Assembly (NCBI GenBank): GCA_964036045.1
Contig: OZ038378.1
Location: 3,472,001 to 3,536,000, forward strand
Source of the DNA: Eutreptiella sp. 'Long Island Sound 2002'
Lineage: Eukaryota > Protista > Euglenida
Reading direction: 5' to 3'
Length of the DNA: 64,000 nt
A program made the position numbers and the translations under genes. This document shows, piece by piece, positions 39,282 through 50,364 of this stretch. How positions within the stretch are numbered: the stretch's first letter is position 1; the number at the start of each line of letters is the position of its first letter. The notes beneath the pieces were generated by a model. That model ran no database searches, was not told the DNA's origin, and saw only the letters and a program-made list of their open reading frames with translations.

Positions 39282-40309
39282 GAGAAGTGATGCAGGGGAT
39301 TTTTTAGCAGCAGTTAGCGTGGTAATTCAGTATGAAAGCGATGATCAATTAATGGGAGCAGTCGAAGTTGTAGTGTACAGGGGGGCCCAAAAACTAGCGC
39401 GCTCGAAAACTGGCGCACCCCGACCCAAACCTTCAAAAATGCCCAAAATCTGGCGCACCCCCGGGAACGCTCAAAAATGGCCCAAAAGTGGCACACCTTC
39501 CGTCCTTTGAAGCACCATTGTTCCCTAAAAACCCTGGGGTTTGTTGGACTTTTTTGCATTTTTTTCTCAAAAAGTTTGTTCAAAATTTGTTGTAATGAGT
39601 ATCCAATTATTTTGACATTTTTTAGAATTTTTTTTTTGGGGGGGCGGGGAATATTTCCGCAAAGTTTTGAAATTTGTTTGGCAATTTGTATCACCTATGT
39701 TGGGAAATCTGTGGAAATGTTTTTTTAACTGATTGATATTTTTCAGGAGATTTATTGGAGATGGATTGAAATTTTTCAGAAATTTTTGAAGAAATTTTTG
39801 CTAAGTTTTTTCGCAATTTTTCGCAAATGGTACACCCTCGCTGCACAACAACTACTATTCAAGCTTGCACTGTTGGAAATTTTATCGCTGTTTTTTCTAA
39901 AAGGCTTTTGCACTGTTGTAGCAATTCACTGATGCATTAGTTTTGCAAAAGGTGTTCAACAACAGGAGCCCCATGTAAGCAATTCCCTCACCAATGGACA
40001 GGGCACAGTAAGTAGTCGGATATCCTTTTTTGTTGTCGACGTCTGAAACACAGTTCTCTCACGGAAAGGGCAGCCAGCAACACAGGCTGCCAAGAGAGAG
40101 GTGCTGCACAGGAAAAGGCCAATTGCAGAAAAAAATATGAATATAAAAATAGATAGTCATAGTCAGTGACAGAGTCGTCAGTGACACTCATTGTGTCACA
40201 CACAGTTGTCAATGCTTATAAAGCCCTTGTGGCAGGGGACACAATAATATTCGTAGGGGGGGAGGGAGCAAAAATCAACGGACCTTAATCTTAAGCATTA
40301 TCATGTTGT

Positions 40310-40720
40310 TCACACCACCTTCGGCGCAATTCTTGGTACCATCGCTCTTCGTGACAGTGACGTACATCTCTGCATCCCATTGCTGATGCCGTGCCTCTTG
40401 CGAAAATGGTAAACCCATCCGCGACTGCTGACTGGGCCTTCCACGCCGCGCACCTCGACACAAACAGTCTTCGCCGGCTGTTGAATCGTGCCCACATCCA
40501 CAACTATCGCCTGCACAGGAACAGGTAGAATCAGTGCGCGCATTGGCATGCTCAGGACATTTGCGTCGCTGCGTGTCACACAACGCCGGTGGTGTGTACC
40601 TCTGACCACAGCGTTTGTAGATACTCCAGCAGCAGCGTCTCTTCCTTTCGTGTGAGAAGTCCTGGTCCGCCCTTGACAGAAGTCACGGCCCCCTATCCGT
40701 TGGCAGCGTCCCATCCCATA
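40310..40720 (-). pseudogene. pogo/Tigger-type CENP-B (Tc5) HTH DNA-binding domain with a GT-AG intron
   Basis: KGGPGLLTRKEETLLLEYLQTLWSE | intron 40511-40599 | AIVVDVGTIQQPAKTV...SSRGWVYHFRKRHGIS. The GW..F.KRH motif is diagnostic of the Tc5/CENP-B HTH. Confidence 0.7.
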
Positions 40721-41459
40721 AGCCTTTTCTCAGGGGTGCTGGCCCCGGCATGAGCCATCCCCAAACCCTACAAGAATTTGAAGCATCTCAGACGTATGTA
40801 GTGTCTGCTTAGCTCTAGAATGGATTCACCATCTGGGCAATTGATGGGGAGCCTCTCACAGGCTGTCACCTATGCTCGGTCTGCGTACGTCGGCCAGCAC
40901 ATGGCATAAACAGACCGTGCACAGCACATCACAGAGCGTGCCCAAGGTATGCACAGCATGACGTGGAGCACACCGTTGCATGGCCATGGTGTGTGGCCAC
41001 AGCGGTGCCTAGGAGCTAAGGACCCCAACACACGGGGCGGGAGTCTCGCGCGTCCCATCTGTAGATGCCCGCATGTGTTCGGGTTCCCTGCTGCCTATCG
41101 TGGGGTATCCTCTCCGGCCCGAGAGGGTGTTTTGAAAGTACCATATCATGGCAATATTGTGACGAGGAGGAGTCATAGAGGGTACTGCCGTGTTTCGTGC
41201 CCGCGGCCGGCGGCTATGGCAGTGGTGGCCCCCGGATGCCTCACGAGTCCGAAGAGGCGACCAGTGCGGGAACACCCGACCGCTCGGGAGCAGGGAGGCG
41301 CTGGTGGAAGGGCTCTATCCATACCAATACCCAGACCCCTCCACCTACTCAACATCAGAGCATGTTTTTCCCCAAGACAAGACAAGAAATGTGGACAATC
41401 TCCTCCTGAAAACCCAAGCTAGTGTGTGCACGCAGAAGTACCAAGCGGCACATTTACCT

Positions 41460-41650
41460 GGCCTTTATGACAACCCATCACGTCCAGGGCTGCCAACACA
41501 TCCTTGAGCCAACCACGCAAGGTGCCTCCAGGAGGGGTATCGATGCCATACACCAGTCGTAGGGCGTTGTAGTTGTGGTCCAGCTCTTCATACTTTGCGG
41601 CGCATTGCCTCTTGTCCTCAGCGCTCCATGACTTGTGCGCGGCGCCTGTG
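41460..41650 (-). pseudogene. N-terminal psq/Brinker-like HTH of a pogo-type transposase
   Basis: KSWSAEDKRQCAAKYEELDHNYNALRLVYGIDTPPGGTLRGWLKDVL fits the (Y/W)S-x-E-x-K...YG...TL-x-x-W pattern. Confidence 0.5.
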
Positions 41651-42080
41651 ATGCAGTGGCGGCAGGCACTGGTGGGATGTCAGACAGGACACCACCACAC
41701 CCCTACTCTACTTCGCGCGGCGGTAGACGTTAGCTCTATATACTGTAACAGTACTACTTGCGGTGTTGACCTTTCGAGGGACTGGCTCCTTAGGAAGCTC
41801 ACACTCACGCTTCCTCTTTGGGGCCTTGTGCTCAGTAGCGCGCAACACGTCGTCCAGTGCGGTTGTGAGGGACCTTGCTGCTGTCTGCCTTACGTCCTCG
41901 GCGTCCTCTTGTTGGGACTGGCGGACCACATAGCGCAACATGAACACTACACAGAAGCATAGGATGAAAATGTTCGCAGTTAACTCAAACACGGATAATT
42001 ATAATGCAATGGATTGTAATACCACCAATACTTAATAAAAACTTAATAAAATCCATCCAACCCTTGTAAAAAACGATTTT

Positions 42081-43600
42081 CTAATCATAAAAACAATCCT
42101 TGTTGATCACGTCAAATTTAGCCAGAAACCCGCGGCATGTGCTTGGCGGAAACGCCCCCAATTCCGCAGCATTGGCGTGGCTTTGCGAGCAAGCGGGTTT
42201 ACGGCCATGCGGATTTTTGAGCCCCCGTGTATGGTTTTTCCATGTCGGGACAACACCTTTCGAGTGGATGAGGATGCGCAATGCATCTACCCCTGAAAAG
42301 GGTAGTCGTAAAGCAGAAATTTGGTTGTCCCAGTACGCTGGATCTTGGAGACGAAGAGTGGATAATGGGCGTGTCATGCAGTGTCGGACAAGCCACCGTA
42401 AAAAACAACGTTGTCTATGTTTACGATCATTGAGAGTAGGAGGGTTCTGCACAATTGTTTGCTGTTCAATTGCATCGGCCTGGAACAACAGCAAGGCTCG
42501 AATAGGGAGGGGTAAAAAAGAGGCGTGGCCCATAATGTGCAACATTTTGAAGTAAGATGGGCCACGATGGTATGCCGACTTCTGAAGTTTTTTCCACGCG
42601 AAACTTTATTGTTCCATCGTGTGAAAACGGCCCTGGGTTGTGAGATGGCCCCTGTCTGGCCGTAATAGATGGAAATGAGAATGAGGCGTAGAGCCACTGT
42701 CTAGGATAATTCAGTCCATTCAACACCGACCGGTCAACCATACGAAGTAGTTTGCAGATGTGTGGGAATGAGGAGTATGGGAGCACTGGGATGCACCGTT
42801 GGACGGACTGGAAAATTTCATCCCAGGCACGCGGTGCCCGTAGATTGGCAAAGGCCTGACGTCGGATATGAAATTCTGCATTCGAGACCGTCCAGAAAAA
42901 TTGTTTACCTGCACATGGAGGTATGTACTGTGGAATGGGAATTGTGGGAGTGAGAATATATGAAAGCGGAGGGGCCACTTGTGAGTACGGGCATTGTGTA
43001 TACATAATACAGTGGCGTTGTGGTAGGGGAGTAATTTTTTGTCCGAGTCGATATAACGGTTTACTGAGTAGAGAGGCCACAACTGAAAAATTAATTGGCC
43101 CGACAAGTGTTGCCTGGATGTTTTGAAAGATCCAGAAAGACGGTTCTGTAGATTTTCGGGGTAGCGATAGAGCGGTGCCAATTCGTTGGAAGCACCATTG
43201 TGGAATTAGTGTATGTTGTGCAGGATGTAGAAATAGTACAAAGCAAACCGGGGTAAAGGAGACACTGAATCATGGACGGGAATATGTTGTAAACGTTATC
43301 ACCTAAATATGGTTGGTAAGCAGGACAATTGAGATAATGATTGCACTGCAGAAATGACCACGGTGAAACAAACCAATCTTTTGCTCTGTGGCTCCCATTA
43401 ATCCGGGTGGGGCCTCCCGGGTCACATAAGCGTTGACATGCTTCCGGGAATGTCTCATTTCACACTCATGAACACCGAATATGGTACACTTTGAGAGAAG
43501 TTGGATAGGTGGAGACAAGGAAAATAGTGGAAGATTGGTGACATGATGGGTGAATAGATATCTTGGTTTATTGTAGACCTTGTTTGGGTTTGAAACTTTC
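42081..43600 (-). pseudogene. Second Penelope-like RT remnant, truncated just after RT motif A
   Basis: Multi-frame coding remnant ending in GFLAKFDVINKDCFYD (motif A-like). The upstream RGKNFRSRH...CCTLW resembles the PLE DKN...CP region. Confidence 0.45.
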
Positions 43601-44179
43601 ATTGGTAACTAAGCAAAACTTCAGAGAGGTAACTCTCGCTAAAAAGAAACCTGAGGGCTGGTTGAGTTGTGGTGTTGGTAGTGAGAGACTGAGTTTTCAG
43701 AGGAAATAGTATTTCAGTGTTTCATTTCATACAGGACTCTGCCGCTGCCGGTCACGTGAGTTGCCTCGGGACCCTGCTAGGCTAAGTCACTGTGTGTGGG
43801 TGGGAGGAGGAGTGTAGACGAGGAACGTTTCGTAAAAGGTCGTTTCCAAGAGGCAGACTTGGAGAGCAGGTTTTACCAAAGCTTGACCAAAGCTATTCAA
43901 GAAAAATTATAAGCGGCCCAGGTGGCATGGCATGGCATCAGGACACAGAACACAATGTCGCAATGAGTTTGTTAGGCTCAGGACTACTGCGTCTTAGTCA
44001 CTGCTCACTTAGAGGCTTGATGCATGATATGTATGCATTGTTGGGCACATATATATGTGAGAGCGGCGCAAGACTTCATCAAAAAGCAAAAGAATGAAAA
44101 AATTGAATAAACAAAACAGCATATATCATAGAGCAAAGCTACCGCACGTCTAAAGTGTGACACGAGCAATCAGTGCGGA

Positions 44180-45440
44180 CTAGACCTTGAAGATGGTAAA
44201 AACTTCCCATTTCATCTGATCATACTTGATAGCAGTGTTGACTAAATACATGAGGTGATCGGTAAAGGGGAGAGCTTTAGTGGCCTTTAAGAGAAAGGCG
44301 AAAGACTGTGTCTCTTCGATAATGTACTGGTATCTAAAGAAAGATTGTGCCCGTTCTAAAGCAGCACCTGAAATAGCCAACAGAGGATCTGACTCCTTTG
44401 AGGGAATGTGTGATGGGAGAGATAGGTCACAGGGAATGGACATTATGGCATGAAAGGTGGATGACATTGCCTAAGTGGACCTCCCATCCCAGAAGCGTTC
44501 GTCTTGTTCTAGAATATCGGCCCACGGCTTACTTTGAAGGGGCATTTTTGCAGGAAAGTGAGTTATGCAAGGGCCATCCAACATGCCGGGTGCGTTAAAA
44601 GTTTTGAAGCAGCTGGTCTGGACTGCGAAACGGGTCAAGATCACAATGGTTAAGGGAAACCATGTGTTGCCAGGCAGTGCGAAAAGTTTTGTCCCTGCTG
44701 TGGGATTTGATTTGGGCACCTAGTACTCGGCGAGTCCAGGACACGTGATCTGGTCCGGTGCACTTCTTCCGAGATATAAGTTCTTCTTCACTCACGTGGG
44801 CACGGAGTTTGGTTTCAAAGTTCTTCGAATAACAGGACAGTAGGAGGCCAATAAATGCTGTCCTACATGTACGTGGTCGTGTATCCATCCGTTGGCCTGT
44901 GAGGAGCAGCGGGCGTGAAAGTCTTGTTCGGCAAGGTGAAGTCGTCGGGTGGATTCGTTATGGCTCACGGTCTACATGGAATTCACTGCTGAGTGGCTGA
45001 TTTCTGCATTTGAGATGGAGGTTCTGTGAAGCTGTTTGCCCTTTTCGACAAAGGTGGATATAATTTCGTGTGACTGGGGTTTCACGGTGCACAGGATCTC
45101 ATTTCTCATAGACGCCCCTTCCAGCAAGATGGTTTCGTGGAGATTGCGAGCTCGAGTTTGGTTACTTTGAACTTTCCGGTGCGTTTTATTACGTGCTCCG
45201 TGTGAGGTACTTCTTTCAGTTGTTGGTAGACAGAGAAACAGATTGTCGTTACGCAACAGGGGCGCGCAGGGAGTTATGGTTACACTCGGTGAAACTGCGT
45301 CATCCCACGTTTTCGCCAGCTTGCACTTGCCAGGTTGGGCCAAGAATTTCTGTGACTGCCGTTTGCAGTTAGGCCATCCGTTCCCATCTCTTAGTCCTTC
45401 CCAGTTGCTGGTACTCCTTGAACGGGGGCATGTCCCTTGA
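44180..45440 (-). pseudogene. Decayed ORF of unknown function, third gene of the dioxygenase cassette
   Basis: Starts MPPFKEYQQLGRTKRWERMA*LQTAVTEILG right after motif array 1 and continues through frameshifted protein-like ORFs 44972..45520, 44595..44888, 44471..44719 and 44180..44467. Confidence 0.4.
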
Positions 45441-45504
45441 GGGGGGAAAAAAAACCCTAGGGAAAGACAACAAGGGGGGGGGTGCATGGACACAACAAGC
45501 TTCA

Positions 45505-45770
45505 CACGTATAGGCAACATACAACACGTACGTCTGCGCGTACGAGCCGCGTACGCGTTCCATTCTTAATGTGTACGTTCCACAACACCGAATCGTACGT
45601 TTCATGAACCCAACGCGTACGCGCCAGAACAGGGAATCTTACGCGTCATGACCCCAGCGTGTACGCGCCAACACAGCAACGCGTACGATGCAACACCGTA
45701 ACGCGCACGCACCACGTACGCCAGCGCGTACGCGCCCCTGCCACAACGCGCGCGTGTTGACGCACACTTC
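45505..45770. promoter_or_regulatory. Intergenic motif array 1: repeated (A/G)CGTACG / ACGCGT palindromic cores
   Basis: About 8 CGTACG plus several near-matches in ~260 bp, immediately 5' (minus strand) of the 45440 ORF. The regulatory role is inferred. Confidence 0.55.
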
Positions 45771-45805
45771 ACCCATCAATCATTAATGCACAATGCATGC
45801 ACATG

Positions 45806-47675
45806 CTACCCGGCACATAGCCGGAACCCAAGACTCCGCAGCAGTACGAGGTCCTCCCAGGACACCTTGCCGAGACCGACCTGGGTAAAAAACACCAGTG
45901 CGTAGCGCTCACCACGCCACGGGGCTGGCATGTGCAAAGCACCAATGCAAAAAACAACCCCATTCCGGGCATCCAATGCCACCCCATCCTCATCCACTCT
46001 GTCTTGGCCCTCTGGCCCTGCAACACATGCCATTGTGTAGGGGCGGGTTCCCCTTGTGGGGAACACGAGCCCCGCCTCTTCCACACAAAACTCCCCACCT
46101 GAAAAATCACCAACAATCACAATGGCACTCAAGGGCAGGTGGTCCTGGTGCTTTTGCCCTGGCCTAGTGCTTGAAGGGGAAATACCATGGTTCACTTGGA
46201 CGGCACTCCAAGTGAACCACGATTATGGCAACCGTGCGCGCCCGTAGGCGTTGATGGCCCGGCACACCTTCGGGAAGTTGCGTGTTGCAACCGCCACCCG
46301 GACATTGCCACGCTGCACCACCCCAAACATCGCGGAACGCAATCGTACTCCCCACCTGTCCTTGGACTGCCACGCCCCCCCATCCAACCCCTCCAACAAA
46401 AAACATATGTGGGAGGAGGGGAGAGCAGCAGCCCCTGGGAGTCAACCCCCACCACCATTGCCACCGCCGGGATGCTCCACCGGCTTGCCTAGCTGTAGAC
46501 TCTGGACATTGTACTTGTCCCTCAATGCTATAAGGGCTGTGAGAGTCTTCTGTCCCTGTGATGTCTCCCTACCTCTTGCATCCTGCAGTGAATCCCTCAG
46601 ACCCTCAATGGATGTGGTGGCTTGGACAAGGCCATCCCTGATTTCCATTGCTGCCAGCTGCAAAAAAATCCTCTAGTCTTCCACATCTTTCCCCCCCTCC
46701 CCAGGGCCAGGGCTGGCTGGGCCTTTCTTGCTTGCCCTCACAGAGGCATCCTGCACCTTCACTCTTAAGTCCCTAATCTCACTGTCTTTTTCTCTTCGCT
46801 CTTTCTCCCACTTTACACGCTCTTCCCTCAGCATGTCCTCTGCAGCTTTCTGTGCCGTCGCACTCTCCTTGCGCACCTTCTCAAGTTCCACAATTCGCGC
46901 CTTTAGCTGCGCCTGTGTGTCTTTGAGGTGCATTGGTCCTGAGGGGGAGGTGGGGAGCTGTGGGGGGACTATGGGGCCCCCCTTGGCACCAAGCTTTGGT
47001 TTCTTGGCACGGGACATACGAGAACCGTGCCGCGATTGGTCGGTGTCGTAGCCCTCCTCTTCCCCCCCCCGTCCCCGTGTCCCTCTTCCCCCCAACCTTC
47101 CCCGCAACGAGAAGCTTCCACCTCTCCATTGCACCATCCACCTCTGCAACAACAGCAGCGTCGGTGATTGGGAGGTAGCCCGCCACCCCTGACCACTGAA
47201 CACGCTTGGCCTGCTTGAGCTGCCCTCCCTGCACACGCCATGTCTGCACGTAACTGTGGCTGTCACCCTTGATCTGGTACAAAGTCCCCCCAATAAAAAC
47301 TGCTGCAGGGTCCCTGCCAACGGCATGGCCCTTCATCCACATGGGAAAGCGGACCATCATGGGCTCAAGCCATGAGACCACACCACTGTCTTCCTTTACC
47401 CTTGCCTGCAACGTAACCTGATAAAAAAAACTATGCTTGGCAACATCCCCAACATGGACGTTGTCCACCACATCCTCCTTACTCACCTGCACCAGCTGCC
47501 CTGCAATTGTCCCTATCGACTCAGGGTCCGGGGCAACCAATGGAGCGCCTGGGGGGCTCTGAAGAAGCCCCTTCGGCTTCAGCGCCTTCCGGCCCGCATC
47601 CGGAGGCGTCGGGCGCACTTGTGCTTTAGAGGGCCAAGGGCGCCGCTCCTTGTACTTGACGGGGGTGACGTTCAA
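45806..47675 (-). pseudogene. Coiled-coil protein fused to a C-terminal TET/JBP-like 2OG-Fe(II) dioxygenase, copy B
   Basis: MNVTPVK... then a frameshift, then a coiled coil (LKARIVELEKVRKES...EKERREKDSEIRDLRVKV), continuing in frame through isolated stops into RLRSAMFGVV...FPKVCRAINAY...WFTWSAVQVN...KH...PLSAIVIVGDFSGGEF...GVVFCIGALHMPAPWRGERYALVFF. This is the HxD / GG / H / R layout of TET/JBP-family enzymes. Confidence 0.75.
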
Positions 47676-47709
47676 CTGTAAGAGGAAAGCATAGAGACAC
47701 GTTAATTAT

Positions 47710-47965
47710 GAAACAACACGTGTGGGCAGCGCACGCAACACGTACGCGTTGGTACATTAGCGCGTACGATCTACTTGGGCAACACGTACGTGCTGGTACG
47801 CCAACGCGTACGAGTCGCTCGGGCAACGCGTACGTGTTGCTACCCCAACACGTGCGATCTGTGTGGCCTACGCGTACGTGTTGGCAGGTCAACACGTACG
47901 CACCAAAAACGCAACGCGTACGAGGCACTTGCACAAAACGTACGTGGTGCGTACGTGCCACATGC
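47710..47965. promoter_or_regulatory. Intergenic motif array 2: CAAC(A/G)CGTACG repeats with variable spacers
   Basis: About 10 CGTACG cores in ~255 bp, immediately 5' (minus strand) of the 47675 start. The regulatory role is inferred. Confidence 0.55.
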
Positions 47966-48159
47966 GCAAGAAATGCATACCTCCCCATAATTATCACAAT
48001 GGTCCATGCACCCACATGAGTACGCCATTCCGCCCGTCGCCGTTGGCCGCTGCACCACCCAGTTCTGCTCCACCGCCTCCGCAACACTAGCGGGCGCCAC
48101 ATGCACGGCATGCCCCATGGCTGCCCACTCCATCCATTCCGGCCCATCCTCATCCCGCC

Positions 48160-49479
48160 TCAACACGTAACCACACGTGGCAAACGTGAACACCAACGAA
48201 CCTTTCTCAACCGTAAACCGTGTCCCGCCGTCAAAACTTGCCTTCGGGAGGTAACACGGTGAAACCGGGCCAAGGGACATGGTGGCTCCTCGGGGCCGGG
48301 GGGGCACTTAAAAAAGAAAGTTGCACCTTGCACACCATGGCCCAAAATCACAACGTCACCACAATAGGGGATAGCTTGCCGTCGCCGAACAAGCAACGGA
48401 GCCGAAAAATGGGTAAAAGATTCCCAAGGGATAGGAACACCTTTGGCATCTTTCAGAAATTGAACCCTAGGAGGAAGGGCATACAATTGGCGAGCAAGAT
48501 GCACCTTTGACATGGTGGCAGCATGCTCCAAAGGGACAAACGGGATGAACAAAGTGTAGCGCCCCTTTTCCCCACCACCTGCCCCGCGATGAAAGGTGCA
48601 ACCTTTTAAAAGAAGGATGTCACCCAATTCCATGGAACACACATCCCAACGATTGGACTCATGTTGCCCAACCTGATGTGAACCCACTCCGACTTGCAAA
48701 GCACACTCGGCAGGAACATTGTCCAAGGGAATAAAGACTTGGATACAATCCTTCATCCAAGGTGGACCCATAAGGTTGTGATCCGAATGGACCAACTGAT
48801 ACCCATCCCATGGGGCGCATGGGGTACAATGTAGCAATTTCACATCCACGGGTTTCAACGCACTCCACTCAACACCCTCAGTGCGCGTCACCGCACCCAA
48901 CACTTGCGTGCGAAACTCCTCGGGCAACCATTTCGACAACCGTTTTGTTTGCTTCCGCATCACGTTGGCACTTGCATAAGTGTCATCTTCCAACATACAT
49001 GTGAACAAAATGGGGCAGATCTTAGCAGTTACATACGACATGGCTGTTTCCCGATATGCCTCTGCCAGAAACACGCTGACCGCCCTATCACAAGTATGCA
49101 ACGTAGTATCTGGTCTGCCATAGTACAGGATCCCTAAATCAGTCTCAGTCACACTAGCTGAAACAACATGGTATTCCTTGCTATCATACCTTGGGTTCTC
49201 TAAGGCACGTTGTATTAGTACAAGGGATATATCAGTGGGTGGTTTTGGTCTGAGGCAAAATGCTACTACATTGTATGGCCTGCTATACTTTGTGTGTTCT
49301 TTGCCTGTCTCATCTCTGTTGCAGTAAAGATAATTCCAAGAAGCCACATTGGTTGCACTACTGGGTGCAGCCATCAAAAAGCTGGAGGAGGGAGGACCCG
49401 CAGCTAGCATGTGCAGCTTGTTGTAGAGAAGTGGTCGTATGGTCTCGTCAACAACTCTGATAAATGAATCAATACGCAT
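48160..49479 (-). CDS. PhyH-like 2OG-Fe(II) dioxygenase-domain protein (439-aa open frame, 5' end decayed, C-terminus probably frameshifted to ~47990)
   Basis: YQLVHSD (HxD)...IQVFIPLDNVP...LQVGVGSH...MELGDILLLKGCTFHRGAG (distal H)...RYTLFIPF (2OG-binding R). The frame extends upstream of 49479 through TAG/TGA stops. Confidence 0.75.
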   Translation of the reverse strand: MRIDSFIRVVDETIRPLLYNKLHMLAAGPPSSSFLMAAPSSATNVASWNYLYCNRDETGKEHTKYSRPYNVVAFCLRPKPPTDISLVLIQRALENPRYDSKEYHVVSASVTETDLGILYYGRPDTTLHTCDRAVSVFLAEAYRETAMSYVTAKICPILFTCMLEDDTYASANVMRKQTKRLSKWLPEEFRTQVLGAVTRTEGVEWSALKPVDVKLLHCTPCAPWDGYQLVHSDHNLMGPPWMKDCIQVFIPLDNVPAECALQVGVGSHQVGQHESNRWDVCSMELGDILLLKGCTFHRGAGGGEKGRYTLFIPFVPLEHAATMSKVHLARQLYALPPRVQFLKDAKGVPIPWESFTHFSAPLLVRRRQAIPYCGDVVILGHGVQGATFFFKCPPGPEEPPCPLARFHRVTSRRQVLTAGHGLRLRKVRWCSRLPRVVTC

Positions 49480-50364
49480 GCTCCCGGCTCGCTTGTTTCT
49501 ATTCTATATACGAACCGGTACAAGTACAAGTGCCCCATCTCAATTCTTTCTGCTGTATGCGGACATGAGGCGTCATGCCCATGTTGGGGAGGGGAGGGGG
49601 GGGGGGGGGGTTGTTTCCACTTGCACAGAAACAAGTTGCAGTTTTACACTAATCGATGAGGACCCGAGGGTAGCAAGTGATTTCATCAACCCTTCTTCGG
49701 TTTTGGTGGACCACGGCCATCACATGTGATCACATCTATCCCCATGTGGGGGGATGATAGGAGGACAAAATACGTCATGGAATGAGCTTTCTATTTTTTT
49801 TTTGTAGTTAGACATTACCGATTTTGTAGTGCCCGCATTATGTCTTGGTAAAGTTGTGTTGTACGTAGTTCGAAGAAACTGCACCCTGCCAATCGAGCAT
49901 AGGGCATCAACATGGGTCCTGGCATTTACGAATGCACACGCTGGTGGTATCCCTTGTGCTTTGACGGATACCAGTTCGCATTGATTCACACTTCCAGTTG
50001 GTACCAATTCGCACTTAGTTGGCTTCGAAGACTCTGACTAATGGTAACAATAGTGGTGGAAAAAAAAGAAGAAACTGTGGCAACCATTGACAGTCGCAAC
50101 TTGTGTGTGATTACAATAAACTCTTCTTCTTGCATCTTCCAGTTGTTTCTGCCTCATGCTGGCGGTTGTGGGCCGAAATATTTCACAATTTCCTTTCCAT
50201 TCATTATGTTGCCACGAGCACTTGATAACAAGCCAAAAAACCACACCAAAAAACCAAAAAAACACACAATAAACCAAAAAACAAAACACAGGTGAATTGA
50301 GCCCATTTCGAGCAAAATTTTGACCCATTTTGGCCATGTCAAGGTGCCATTTTGCACCCTAGTG

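Noticed and set aside
43790-43900. Hammerhead ribozyme near the PLE remnants (GAAAC motifs; also CTGATG at 40383)
   Set aside because: No properly spaced CUGANGA...GAAA core with pairing stems was found by eye.
45505-47965. CRISPR-like reading of the CGTACG arrays
   Set aside because: The conserved core is only ~6-11 nt, spacers are short and irregular, there are no cas genes, and the context is eukaryotic.
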